From Candidatus Bathyarchaeota archaeon (GTDB lineage Archaea; Thermoproteota; Bathyarchaeia; Bathyarchaeales; Bathycorpusculaceae): a stretch of 64,000 nt of DNA. Numbering within the stretch: position 1 is the first letter of the stretch; every line of letters begins with the position of its first letter. Position numbers and translations under genes: made by a program. The notes beneath the pieces are model-generated. The model was not told the origin of the DNA. It made no database searches and worked only from the letters and a program-made list of their open reading frames with translations. This document shows, one piece after another, positions 1-9,156 of the stretch. The stretch lies in contig CAVZPM010000032.1 in NCBI GenBank assembly GCA_963777155.1, forward strand, positions 1 to 64,000. Direction: 5' to 3'.

Positions 1-39
1 CTATATAGGAAAACTGCATAGAAAACATGCGAAACGTGT

Positions 40-114
40 GGGCCGGTCGTCTAGCCTGGTTAGGACATCTGCTTGACGTGCAGAAGGTCGCCGGTCCGAA
101 TCCGGTCCGGCCCA
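40..114 (+). tRNA. tRNA-Val(GAC)
   Basis: Cloverleaf GGGCCGG...CCGGCCC-A; anticodon arm TCTGC-TTGACGT-GCAGA; CCA not encoded; T-loop reads TCCGAAT. Confidence 0.95.
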
Positions 115-278
115 CTCTTCTTACCATTAAATTAGGGCAGGAATCCCTCTTCTATCATTCTATGTTTTGAACCCCTTTGTTCATGGGAACAGGCAACCCC
201 GAACTTGGAATCCCGGATCCAGATGGATCCAAATGGAAATAAAAATGAAGTAACCGAGTTAGAATTCCCCCAGCCAAC

Positions 279-713
279 TTAGGACGAGGATGTATTTAGG
301 GTCACGGCGGCGTGAATAAGAGTTTTCAGAGCCTCCTCGTTAACCTTGTCGCTTTCGTGAAAGTCGATGGCACGCCACGCTCTGCTCTCGAGACTAGAAT
401 TGAAGAGACCTGTGGGGTCATCCAACAAGGCTCCCTTGGGGAATGTCATCTTTACGACATTCTTGTAGACCTCGCCAGTGCAGATAAACCCGTGGTGAGA
501 CCAAACAGCAGTGCCCAGTGGATTGGTAGGCTTTATCCACTTTACTTCCTCGACGACTTCAGGGTCTGCTTGCTTGATCAAAGTTCGAAGGCGGGAAAGC
601 ATTTCCCCACGCCAGTCGCCTAGGTCTTGGATTCTCGCGTCTATCAGCTGAGATGCAGATTCGACTCTTTGAGAACTACTCTTTCTCTGTGTAACTTGCC
701 TCTTGGTCATCAT
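279..713 (-). CDS. DUF1801 (YdhG-like) domain protein
   Basis: Motifs DWRGEMLSRLR..ADPEVVEEVKW, FPKGALLDDP, FNSSLE..RAID. Confidence 0.85.
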   Translation of the reverse strand: MMTKRQVTQRKSSSQRVESASQLIDARIQDLGDWRGEMLSRLRTLIKQADPEVVEEVKWIKPTNPLGTAVWSHHGFICTGEVYKNVVKMTFPKGALLDDPTGLFNSSLESRAWRAIDFHESDKVNEEALKTLIHAAVTLNTSSS

Positions 714-743
714 ATCACCATAAAATCTTTCCTTCTTTGGATA

Positions 744-1139
744 TTAGAACTGCAGTTGTGTGATCTGAATTAGATTGCCACAAGTATCATCCAGCACTGC
801 GATGGTTGAAGGCGTACCCGTTAGCTTTGTTGGCTCCATGGTAAAATTCACGCCAAGCTTTTTCAATCGCTCATACTCTTCTTGGATATCATCCACAAAG
901 AATGATGTTGCGCGAATACCCTGCTTGAAGAGAGCTTCCTGGTATACCCTTGCAGCAGGATTTTCGTTTGGCTCAAGAACCAACTGAGTACCATCCTGGT
1001 CTTCAGGAGAAACAACAGTCAACCACCTGTATTTCCCAGCTGTAACATCTGCCTTTTTTACAAAACCAAGGACCCCAGTGTAAAACTTAACAGCCTTGCC
1101 CTGATCATTAACGTACACGCTAGTGTATTTGATCCTCAA
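744..1139 (-). CDS. VOC/glyoxalase-bleomycin resistance family protein
   Basis: SVYVNDQ..A.KFYT.VLGF, RWLTVVSP, DDTCGNLIQI. Confidence 0.9.
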   Translation of the reverse strand: MRIKYTSVYVNDQGKAVKFYTGVLGFVKKADVTAGKYRWLTVVSPEDQDGTQLVLEPNENPAARVYQEALFKQGIRATSFFVDDIQEEYERLKKLGVNFTMEPTKLTGTPSTIAVLDDTCGNLIQITQLQF

Positions 1140-1279
1140 AAAATCACCAGTTATGGTTAATGATTAAAAATTAATAATCTTTGTGCTAAGTTATAGATTC
1201 AGACCCGTTTGAGAGAAGTCTGGTCTGGTCCACCCAATCCAAAATTAATGTCTATTTTAAGAGAAAAAAGATGTTATAG

Positions 1280-1531
1280 TCAGGTTTTCCTTGATTCTAT
1301 TATTCCTCGGCATTTGTCGGCGAATTGGCAGTATTCTAGGCATGCGGCTGTTTTGTCAGGGCGTTTCCATTCGGCTCCACATTCGGGGCAAGTGGTTTTA
1401 TCTTCGTCACTCCAGATTTCTAAGTCTCCTCCACATACATGGCATTTGATATAAGCAGGTTTAGGCTGAAGCATATCACGCAAGCCAGGGCAAGTGTCTG
1501 GGTTTTTTTCGATTTTGTCTTTAGAGCTCAA
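1280..1531 (-). CDS. small Cys-rich zinc-ribbon protein
   Basis: CHVCG, CPECG, CLEYC..ADKC; overlaps the upstream Fe-S gene. Confidence 0.75.
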   Translation of the reverse strand: MSSKDKIEKNPDTCPGLRDMLQPKPAYIKCHVCGGDLEIWSDEDKTTCPECGAEWKRPDKTAACLEYCQFADKCRGIIESRKT

Positions 1532-2168
1532 CTACTTCACCTCCAATTTTAACCTCGTACTCTTTAGTGGGAATTTGTTTGCCTGAACCTTCGAGCGCCT
1601 TGTTCACTGCCCACTTCAAGCCTGTGCAACAGGGTACTTCCATATGAACCACTGTTACGCTGGAAATGTTGTTCTGTTGGAAAATCTCAGTAAGTTTTTG
1701 GGCATATGCACGTGCATCGTTGAATTTAGGGCAGCCTATAATGACGCGTTTTCCAACCATGAGGTCATGGAAGTTTTTTAAAGCAATGGGAGCGCAGTCT
1801 GCGGCAAATAATAGGTCTGCATTTTCGAAGAATGGTGCCTTTGGCGGAACGAGGTCCAGTTTTACTGGCCATTGGGGTTTCTGTATTATCTTCGTTGTTT
1901 GGCTGGCTGCGGGGGGTAGGGTGGTTGTCTTGTTTTTTAGGTATTCGTGAACTTCGGCTTCGCTAAAAGCTGGGGCTTCCCGTTCAGTAATCGTGATTGC
2001 CCCCTGCGGACATTGACCCAAACAAGCGCCAAGTCCGTCACAATAGGTTTCCTTTATAATTTTGGCTTTTCCGTCCACGATTTGAAGAGCGCCTTCTGCG
2101 CATTTGGGGATACAGGTTCCGCATCCGTTGCAGAGGGATTCGTTTATGTTTACGATTTTTCTTTTCAT
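1521..2168 (-). CDS. 4Fe-4S dicluster iron-sulfur protein
   Basis: CNGCGTCIPKC and CDGLGACLGQCP motifs, then AADC, GCPK, MEVPCC; ATGA overlap with arsR stop. Confidence 0.88.
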   Translation of the reverse strand: MKRKIVNINESLCNGCGTCIPKCAEGALQIVDGKAKIIKETYCDGLGACLGQCPQGAITITEREAPAFSEAEVHEYLKNKTTTLPPAASQTTKIIQKPQWPVKLDLVPPKAPFFENADLLFAADCAPIALKNFHDLMVGKRVIIGCPKFNDARAYAQKLTEIFQQNNISSVTVVHMEVPCCTGLKWAVNKALEGSGKQIPTKEYEVKIGGEVVEL

Positions 2169-2506
2169 GGGTTTTCCTCTCTTAGGCATTTTCCGCCAGT
2201 TGGGCAGAATTTCTGGGCATGATTCTGTATGGATTCAAAGATTGGGCTAAGTGTTTCCTGGTTTGCGGTGTAAATGTGTTTTTTTCCTTGTATTTGAATC
2301 GTTATAAGGTTGCATGCGAGGAGGGGTTTTAGGTTGTGTGAGATCATGCTTTGTTCTTGTCCGAGTGCTGTGGCGAGTTCGTTTACGCTCATTGGTTTGT
2401 CCATTAATTGTTCGAGTGTTGCGAGTCTGGTGGGGTTTGATAGGTTAGTAAAGAATCGGTAGCAGATTTTTGTTAGCCCTTTTTTCATTTTTTTCATCCT
2501 AACCAT
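2165..2506 (-). CDS. ArsR/SmtB family transcriptional regulator
   Basis: LSNPTRL..L..L...PMSVNELA..LGQEQSMISHNL wHTH. Confidence 0.9.
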   Translation of the reverse strand: MVRMKKMKKGLTKICYRFFTNLSNPTRLATLEQLMDKPMSVNELATALGQEQSMISHNLKPLLACNLITIQIQGKKHIYTANQETLSPIFESIQNHAQKFCPTGGKCLREENP

Positions 2507-2512
2507 TATTGC

Positions 2513-2546
2513 ATGAATAGTTATTCATATGAAATATTATTCATAT
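2513..2546. promoter_or_regulatory. candidate ArsR operator (tandem inverted repeats)
   Basis: ATGAATA-GT-TATTCAT followed by imperfect ATGAAATATTATTCAT directly upstream of arsR. Confidence 0.6.
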
Positions 2547-2868
2547 AAAGTTAATGGTCCAAAAGCCGAAACTCAATTATCCAATTAAAGGCTCATCTAC
2601 AAATCATATCTGCCCAAATCAACCTGAGAACCACACTGCGGAGTAACAAAATAAAATATTTCCCCACACTTAGCACAACGGCACTCTTGATTTTTGGTTC
2701 GCTCAACGTTTAAGGAACCACATTTTGGGCACCGAATTTCAACATGAGACATTCTTTTTCCCAACTTAGCTTAACCTAATTTTCTATTAAATATTACGCT
2801 AATCTAATATTTAGGGGGCAAAGTTTTTCAGTGCCACTAGTTTTTATTGCTTGCTAAGGTTGAAGATA

Positions 2869-3000
2869 TTGTCTAAAAAAGCAAAGAAAGCTGAAGGTTT
2901 AGAACAGCACAAGAAATTACAAAGAGAAAAAGACCAGAAAAGAAAAGAAAGAAAACAGGTCTCGCTTCCAACAAAACATCAGGGCAAAGGCAAAAAATAG
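2869..3000 (+). CDS. small Lys/Arg-rich protein (43 aa)
   Basis: TTG start; MSKKAKKAEGLEQHKKLQREKDQKRKERKQVSLPTKHQGKGKK; below ORF-track cutoff. Confidence 0.55.
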   Translation: MSKKAKKAEGLEQHKKLQREKDQKRKERKQVSLPTKHQGKGKK

Positions 3001-3108
3001 TTTTGCTTAAAATTCGTGTTGTTAACTTAATCCACTTTTTACATTCATTGCAAATTCAATTTATAGTGTTATCCAAAAAAATAAAAGAAAAGCTTAGCTT
3101 GCCCCCAT

Positions 3109-5007
3109 TCAAGCCAACAGGATTTGCTTAGGTAAGCGCACTCTGCCCTGTTTCCTGAAATAGAGTGCCAAACCGCTACCGGCGACACCCGCAAAAATGA
3201 TTGCGGTCCAAAGCCACCATTGCATCCAAAGCGGCTGTGCGGTTAGTTGATCTGTGTTGCTGATTTGGAGTTGGTCGATTTCAGTCATTGAGTCGTGTCC
3301 TATGTAAATGTCGGTGGGGTTTTGTATCGGGCCAATGGGGTTGGCTGTTCCAGCGGCAACTGTTACTGCTTGCTCTTGCCCATTGACGTAGATGTGCATT
3401 CCCGTTGCTGTGCTGCGAACGAAAACCACGTGAACCCAAGTGTTAAACGGAAGCGGTTCTTTAGTATCAATCTCGTTAAATCCACTTGGCGTCATCACAT
3501 AAGCACGTAGGACACCCAAAGGTGGAGAGCTCTCGTTGCTGGAAGTTTCGCCATTCACTGCGAGTCCAAGAGTTCTAGTAGGGAGGGCAGCTGTCGTCCT
3601 TATGGCTTCAATCAAGATGTTGTTGTAGGGCACTTCACTTTTGATCTCTGGAACATTCACCCATACGTCAACTGTTACGTCGTTTTGTGTTTCGATGCTG
3701 GGCGAAGGCTGCACGGCGGCATACGTGTTCCCGTTGAAGCTTAATGCTGCGTCAAACTTGCCTTGCACCCGTGCAGGAGTATAATTGTAAACACCCGTAA
3801 CTGACCCTAACACTGCAGGGTTATTGCCTGTTGTATCCGAAGCCACAAGATCTGAACCAACGTTGTCAAATGACCATGAGGCAATGACGCTGTTGGGTTT
3901 TGCAGGATTTGCAGGAATCGCTGGTGGCATAACGCTGAGGTTAGACAGGTTGAAGGGAGTTACTAATGGGTACATATCGAGGTTGTTAGTGTTAATTGTG
4001 TAGGCTGTGTTTTTTATTCCTGAATTGTCAATTTCAACTGCAGAGGGGTATTTTTCTTGGTAATCGCTCCAGTAGTTTCCGCCTGATAGCACCCCGTTAT
4101 CCCAACTCTCAACAAGGTAAGAAGAGTTGCCGAATGCATTATAGACGATATTGTCGAAGTTGTTGTGGTAAATTTGGTTTTCGGAAGGAGAAGCTCCCTG
4201 GGTGGTTATGTAGATCCCATACTTGTTCGTTGCTATTTCATTGGCAACAATTACATTTTTTGACCCTGAAAGAAAGATTCCTGATTCCGTATTGGAAACC
4301 AACGTATTGTTGAAAACTACCGAGTTGGACGCACCTATGCCCAAACCTCTAGTGTTCTTTTCAAGGGCATTACCCTCAACCGTGTTTAAGTATCCTCCCA
4401 AAGCAATGGCTGAAACGGCATTTGAGATGATGTTATTATATGAAATGTTGGTGTAGGAGCCGCTGCAGAAGCGAATTCCATCTTTTATGCTTCTCGTTAT
4501 TGTGTTTTGTGTAATGGTTGTGTGGGATTGAGTGCTGCAGAAGATGCCGAGGTAGGTGTTTTGGATTGTGTTGCCGATTATTGTACAGCCGTCTCCTTGA
4601 ACCCATATCCCATATGAGTATCGTGTGGTATTCGGGTTCTTTGTGCTTTCAATGACCAAATCCGATACTACTATATTATCTGCGTCTAAGGTCAACGTCG
4701 CTGATGGGGTTGGACCACCCTTACCCACAATGACAGGGCTATTTTGGCCTAAAATAGTAAGACTTTTGTCGATTACAATATTCTCATTGTAAATGCCTCC
4801 TTTAACCTGGATGGTGTCACCATCTAAAGCGTGGTTGACGGCCTCACCGATTGTGGAGTAATCTTGCGGGACAACCAAAGTTTTTGAGGCTTGACCCGTC
4901 TGGAGGTTAAACATCCAGACTCCTGAAAACAAAATTATTGTTAGCAAAAGCGCTTTTAGGGTTTCTTTTTTCTTCAACGATGTCACCCATTTACTATGAA
5001 GGGTCAT
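3109..5007 (-). CDS. surface protein: NosD-like parallel beta-helix plus LamG/concanavalin domain, C-terminal TM anchor
   Basis: Signal peptide, VPQDYSTI..A, GI.L..S repeats, GGNYWSDY, W.F...D..GNN, W.HV.F..YVNG, TM tail. Confidence 0.85.
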   Translation of the reverse strand: MTLHSKWVTSLKKKETLKALLLTIILFSGVWMFNLQTGQASKTLVVPQDYSTIGEAVNHALDGDTIQVKGGIYNENIVIDKSLTILGQNSPVIVGKGGPTPSATLTLDADNIVVSDLVIESTKNPNTTRYSYGIWVQGDGCTIIGNTIQNTYLGIFCSTQSHTTITQNTITRSIKDGIRFCSGSYTNISYNNIISNAVSAIALGGYLNTVEGNALEKNTRGLGIGASNSVVFNNTLVSNTESGIFLSGSKNVIVANEIATNKYGIYITTQGASPSENQIYHNNFDNIVYNAFGNSSYLVESWDNGVLSGGNYWSDYQEKYPSAVEIDNSGIKNTAYTINTNNLDMYPLVTPFNLSNLSVMPPAIPANPAKPNSVIASWSFDNVGSDLVASDTTGNNPAVLGSVTGVYNYTPARVQGKFDAALSFNGNTYAAVQPSPSIETQNDVTVDVWVNVPEIKSEVPYNNILIEAIRTTAALPTRTLGLAVNGETSSNESSPPLGVLRAYVMTPSGFNEIDTKEPLPFNTWVHVVFVRSTATGMHIYVNGQEQAVTVAAGTANPIGPIQNPTDIYIGHDSMTEIDQLQISNTDQLTAQPLWMQWWLWTAIIFAGVAGSGLALYFRKQGRVRLPKQILLA

Positions 5008-5115
5008 TCAAGTCACCTGAAAAGATAGTGGCAACACTAAAATATTACTCTCCCCAAGGAACACTCTGTTCTTTTAGCGGAACACCCAGCTGAAAAAAAT
5101 TTGCCGCAGAAGAGT

Positions 5116-5179
5116 GGGGTCTGTCAATATTTCGTTCTTCATCTTCCCTATCAGACTGGGACGGCGACATCATCCCCCT
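5116..5179 (-). ncRNA. C/D box sRNA candidate (predicted guide for 23S G2251 equivalent)
   Basis: Minus strand: GGGATGA-guide-CTGA-TAGG-AAGATGA-guide-TTGA with GGGG/CCCC ends; guide GCCGTCCCAGT complements the P-loop GRCUGGGGCGG. Confidence 0.6.
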
Positions 5180-5372
5180 CACATAACCAGTCATCCCAGT
5201 CAAATAAAGGCTTAGGAAAAAAGAAACAAAAATGAATTACTCTATGTCTGCACAAGAGTAATCAGAAAGCCACTTTTTTGGTACCCCAAGAGATAAGAAA
5301 CACTTCCAAAGCAAGGCTAATAGAAAAAGTATTATATTCAAAGCAAGAATAACCTAGAATTGGTGATTATGT

Positions 5373-5657
5373 TTGGTTAGTTTCAAAGACCTTTCGGATA
5401 AATTTGTGATTTGTTCAGGTGGTTTTGACCTTGGACAGATTAATGGAATAGAAATTAACGTTGATACGTGGCAAGTTACCCATTTACATGTCAAGTTGTC
5501 AAAATCCGCGTCCGAAGACCTTGGCTTCAGGAAAAGATTTAGAAGCTCAACCGTATGCTTGCCTATATCGTTGGTTTCTAAAGTCGGAGACAACGTATTG
5601 CTAAACAAATGTCTTGACGAATTAACCCAGCACCCCGAAATCTCGGAATGCAAATAG
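5373..5657 (+). CDS. PRC-barrel domain protein
   Basis: L.DK.VI...G..LG.I.GIEIN..TWQVTHL, ISLVSKVGDNVLL. Confidence 0.8.
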   Translation: MVSFKDLSDKFVICSGGFDLGQINGIEINVDTWQVTHLHVKLSKSASEDLGFRKRFRSSTVCLPISLVSKVGDNVLLNKCLDELTQHPEISECK

Positions 5658-5954
5658 CTAAATAGAATCAAAATGAGAATTAGGATTTTTACCTATTAAG
5701 TAACAACGCCTCAGGTAGCGAGTGCAGCTCCCTAAAGAGAACCCTCCGCGCACCCAAGGACTCTGTTTTTACACTAAGGCGCAAACTAGAATCATGAGAA
5801 TTTAGAGAACATTTTTTGTCTCAGAAGGTTGCATTATTTGACTCTACATAGTTAAAGGAGATTGATAGACATTTCAGCCTTCCAAAAATAATTATGTTTT
5901 CTCTTAGTCAATTGAAATTTTAGCGATAGTTAACAGTACTAATTCAGATAATAG

Positions 5955-6992
5955 TCAGATGCGTTTCTTGCGTGCACTATTAATATATTTTTTTGCGGGT
6001 GTTATCCGATAGGCAACTACAACGGCAGATTCAGCGCTGATAATCGATAGTACAAAAAGAGTATCCCAGGAACTGAAAGTGGATTCATATTCGAATTGAG
6101 GTGTAGGCGAAGGAATTTGAGTGGAGTTAGGCGTTGAAGTAGCTGTTGGATTTGTGGTTGGGCTTGGAATGGTAACTGTGGTAGGAGCAGGTGATGCTTT
6201 ATGGGTTGGTGTCGAGGTGGACGATGGGGTGGGAGTTGGGGTTGCGTTAGGTACTTGATTGGATCCTTGGGTGTAATTAGGGGCTGTGCCCATGCTATAG
6301 GTTATATCTCCGTAGGTTTTTGGTACCTCGGAGCTAGACGGAGGCACTGTTGGCCACGATTGAACCGCAGACCCAGCAAAGTGAGCGTCGTAGGTTTGGA
6401 GAAGCATCCAAAATTCTGGACCAATAATCTGCGAGCCACCCAGCGCTGTCGATGTTTTTAGCAGACTCATTTCAAGTATCAAATGCGGTGTACTATAAGT
6501 AGGCGAAGAACTAAATGATTCACTCCATTGGAAGACAGACAATGAAGGTGTGGCTATTTGAGTCCATCCTACTCCATTTCCTTGGAACCACGTACAGACT
6601 GCATTACTTGTGAAGTTTATCGCAAAATCAGTGGATGAAGGTGCGGAATCCGCTGTCATACCACCGTTAAAACATATTTGAACAAAATCTCCTGTTTCAT
6701 TCGAAGTATCCATAGTTTCAATGAGGAGGTAATAGTAAACAATACTGGAATCAGACGCGGCTAAATACCATTCGTCAGTAAAGTTAGAGTTGGTTCCAAA
6801 GGTGGTCTGAAAACCACTATTCCACTCTGAACCCCACTGTCCATTAATTGTCGGGAGAGTTGTTGAAGAAGTCTGGTAACATATATGTGAATAGCCAACT
6901 TCTTGAGCATTTATAGGCTTCGAAGTCGCCAAAATAAAGCATATTGCTAGCACGATAATGACTATATTTAGTCTTCGAGGGCTGCTATGCAT
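5955..6992 (-). CDS. secreted/membrane-anchored protein with Pro/Thr-rich linker
   Basis: Signal peptide, PTING.W..EW, long PT linker, C-terminal hydrophobic segment with basic tail. Confidence 0.75.
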   Translation of the reverse strand: MHSSPRRLNIVIIVLAICFILATSKPINAQEVGYSHICYQTSSTTLPTINGQWGSEWNSGFQTTFGTNSNFTDEWYLAASDSSIVYYYLLIETMDTSNETGDFVQICFNGGMTADSAPSSTDFAINFTSNAVCTWFQGNGVGWTQIATPSLSVFQWSESFSSSPTYSTPHLILEMSLLKTSTALGGSQIIGPEFWMLLQTYDAHFAGSAVQSWPTVPPSSSEVPKTYGDITYSMGTAPNYTQGSNQVPNATPTPTPSSTSTPTHKASPAPTTVTIPSPTTNPTATSTPNSTQIPSPTPQFEYESTFSSWDTLFVLSIISAESAVVVAYRITPAKKYINSARKKRI

Positions 6993-7132
6993 TGTTAAGT
7001 TTCCTTATCCTCTATTTTAGTAAACTTGATTAGTATATTTTATGAACATTGAATCTGAATTGGAAATAATAATGTAGGATTTCAATAAGTAAACAGACAG
7101 TATGGAAGAATAGAAAATTACTTTGCCCTAAT

Positions 7133-7179
7133 GCTGGGACGGCTACATCATTCCCCGCTTTCAGAACAGCTTCCCAGTC
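7133..7179 (-). repeat. second copy of the 5154-5201 hairpin motif
   Basis: CTGGGACGGC(T/G)ACATCAT(T)CCCC...CAG..TCCCAGTC shared with 5155-5201. Confidence 0.7.
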
Positions 7180-7401
7180 TATTAATCGGCTGTCGTCAAG
7201 CGTAGATAAAATGAGGAAACAATAAATAAAAAACAAGGAAATTAACTGTTACAAACGTTATGCTTTGGATGCTACAGAACACCTATGGACAACAACTATC
7301 AAAAAAGTACGCAAACTGTCAAGACATTCGCATCTGAGATCCTATTTTTGTAACGTCCTGCAAAATTCTCGGAAGTAGAAACGGACACTAAAAATTTCAA
7401 A

Positions 7402-7950
7402 TTATATTGTGCTACCAATTAGAAGGATTACGAAGATTGCGCTTGCATGTAATACGAATATTAGGGTCACGAATTTCTTGACTGACATGTTCTTTATTGA
7501 TGCCAGCAATATAATGCCAATTTCGGTTGGAAGTGGAGAGGCAATTAGAATACCTGCAAAGATTACGAGTAAATATACTCTAATAGAATCAGGTATCCAT
7601 CGATAAACAGTCTGTATAACAGTTTTTTTTGATAGTTTTTGTACCTCATCACTAAAGCTATGTCTAACAAAAAGAAAGAGAATACTATCACTAATTAAAG
7701 CGCCAATTCCAGCTATTACTCCAGCTAAGATTATGTTTTGTTCTTTCGCGAGAACCAATAATATCCCGGTACCCGCAGCAGAAGTTAATGCATAAGGGTA
7801 TAGTAAACCCGCAAAGAAGGTCCCAAAATACCCCAAGAATATAAGAACATCATGCAAAGGCTTGTATGTTAAACCTGAAAAAAGCAAGTACACTAAGATT
7901 ACGCTTATCACAAACAGCGATAGTTTCGGATACTTAATTTTTCCTCGCAC
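7402..7950 (-). CDS. hypothetical integral membrane protein
   Basis: About 5 hydrophobic segments; ASPLPTEIG motif. Confidence 0.75.
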   Translation of the reverse strand: MRGKIKYPKLSLFVISVILVYLLFSGLTYKPLHDVLIFLGYFGTFFAGLLYPYALTSAAGTGILLVLAKEQNIILAGVIAGIGALISDSILFLFVRHSFSDEVQKLSKKTVIQTVYRWIPDSIRVYLLVIFAGILIASPLPTEIGIILLASIKNMSVKKFVTLIFVLHASAIFVILLIGSTI

Positions 7951-8041
7951 TAAGCATTCATCATTGAATACTAATTAAAGATAGAACGACATCCAATAAA
8001 TAATTTACCTGGCACTAAAGACAAGATGACCCCTAAAAACT

Positions 8042-8479
8042 TCATATTATAATGTAAATGTGTATGATTAGTCCCAAGATCAATGCAAGAGTCCAAATGG
8101 CGAAAGTAGGTATCATCAGTTTCCATGCTCTGGAGCAGCTGAGTTCTCCTAAAGGATGAGTTACCCATGAAATAATGATTATGAAACCTAATATGATTGC
8201 AATTATACCAGTGGCTGCATGCAACCATACAATGGTAGATTGCAAAATTGACAATCTAGTAGAAAGAGTGATACTGGTACTAAGAACAGGAATCATTACG
8301 ACAATTACAGTAACAAGGTTAAGTGTAAGAGCCAAGATACTTAGAAACCCGTGCATGATAAGATTTCTATTCTTAGTTCTTATTCTGTAAGGGTAAACTC
8401 CAATTATAAGCAAGAGTAAGGCTATAACTTGAATAACTGAAACTATGTTTCCTTGAAGATCAAGCACCATAATTACCAC
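8042..8479 (-). CDS. membrane protein with intramembrane His (DUF420/cytochrome b561-like)
   Basis: 4 TM; HG, WLH, IIH. Confidence 0.6.
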   Translation of the reverse strand: MVIMVLDLQGNIVSVIQVIALLLLIIGVYPYRIRTKNRNLIMHGFLSILALTLNLVTVIVVMIPVLSTSITLSTRLSILQSTIVWLHAATGIIAIILGFIIIISWVTHPLGELSCSRAWKLMIPTFAIWTLALILGLIIHIYIII

Positions 8480-8596
8480 ACCTAAACGATTTTAATTATA
8501 GCTAATAAACTATTAATTGCTTTATTTAGAGTAAATTTTTTCTCCCAAAAAAGGTTATCGGCTCTTTCGCGGGTTAAGTACTCGTGGCAAGGCAGT

Positions 8597-9073
8597 TTAG
8601 CCAAATATTGTAAATATTAGTTGTCCTAGGAAGTGACTGATGATTATTACTGGGATGGCAATTCCAAGGTGAACTAATATTTCTTTTATGGTGCTGGTTT
8701 TGCGTTGGACTCCTATAAGGTAACTTAGGAAAACAAGTATTCCAAGTCCTATCGCTACACAAGTGGTTGCAGCCCAGAAAAGTGGAAGAGCAATGAACAT
8801 AGCGACAAAAGTCAATGTTATGCCAAATCTAGTCACAAAATTGCTGATCGTAAACATTCTAGTGTTTTCTTTTTTGGTTGCGGTTGTCTCTCTATAGATG
8901 TGTATTCCTAGAGAATCAGCTATGTTGTCAGCTAAAGCTATAACGAGAAGAGACCCAATTATGCTCGCTTGAGGGTTACTATAAGATAGGAGCCCAAAGA
9001 TTATGCCTAGACTCGTGACTGTTGAAGAAGTGGCTCCAAAACTAAATTTGCTTGGATCTTTAGGCAATCTCAT
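8597..9073 (-). CDS. VIT1/CCC1-like membrane protein
   Basis: FSFGATS...T.LG, IALADNIADSLGIH. Confidence 0.65.
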   Translation of the reverse strand: MRLPKDPSKFSFGATSSTVTSLGIIFGLLSYSNPQASIIGSLLVIALADNIADSLGIHIYRETTATKKENTRMFTISNFVTRFGITLTFVAMFIALPLFWAATTCVAIGLGILVFLSYLIGVQRKTSTIKEILVHLGIAIPVIIISHFLGQLIFTIFG

Positions 9074-9156
9074 AAAAATATCTCGACCTATAATGCATCA
9101 TGTCTCTAAAAAATATTTCAAGTCTGTTAGAAAAAAGAAAAATAGGAATTTTATCT

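Noticed and set aside
204-240. GGATCC repeats downstream of tRNA-Val as an att site
   Set aside because: No duplicated tRNA 3' end was found in the window and no integrase is adjacent.
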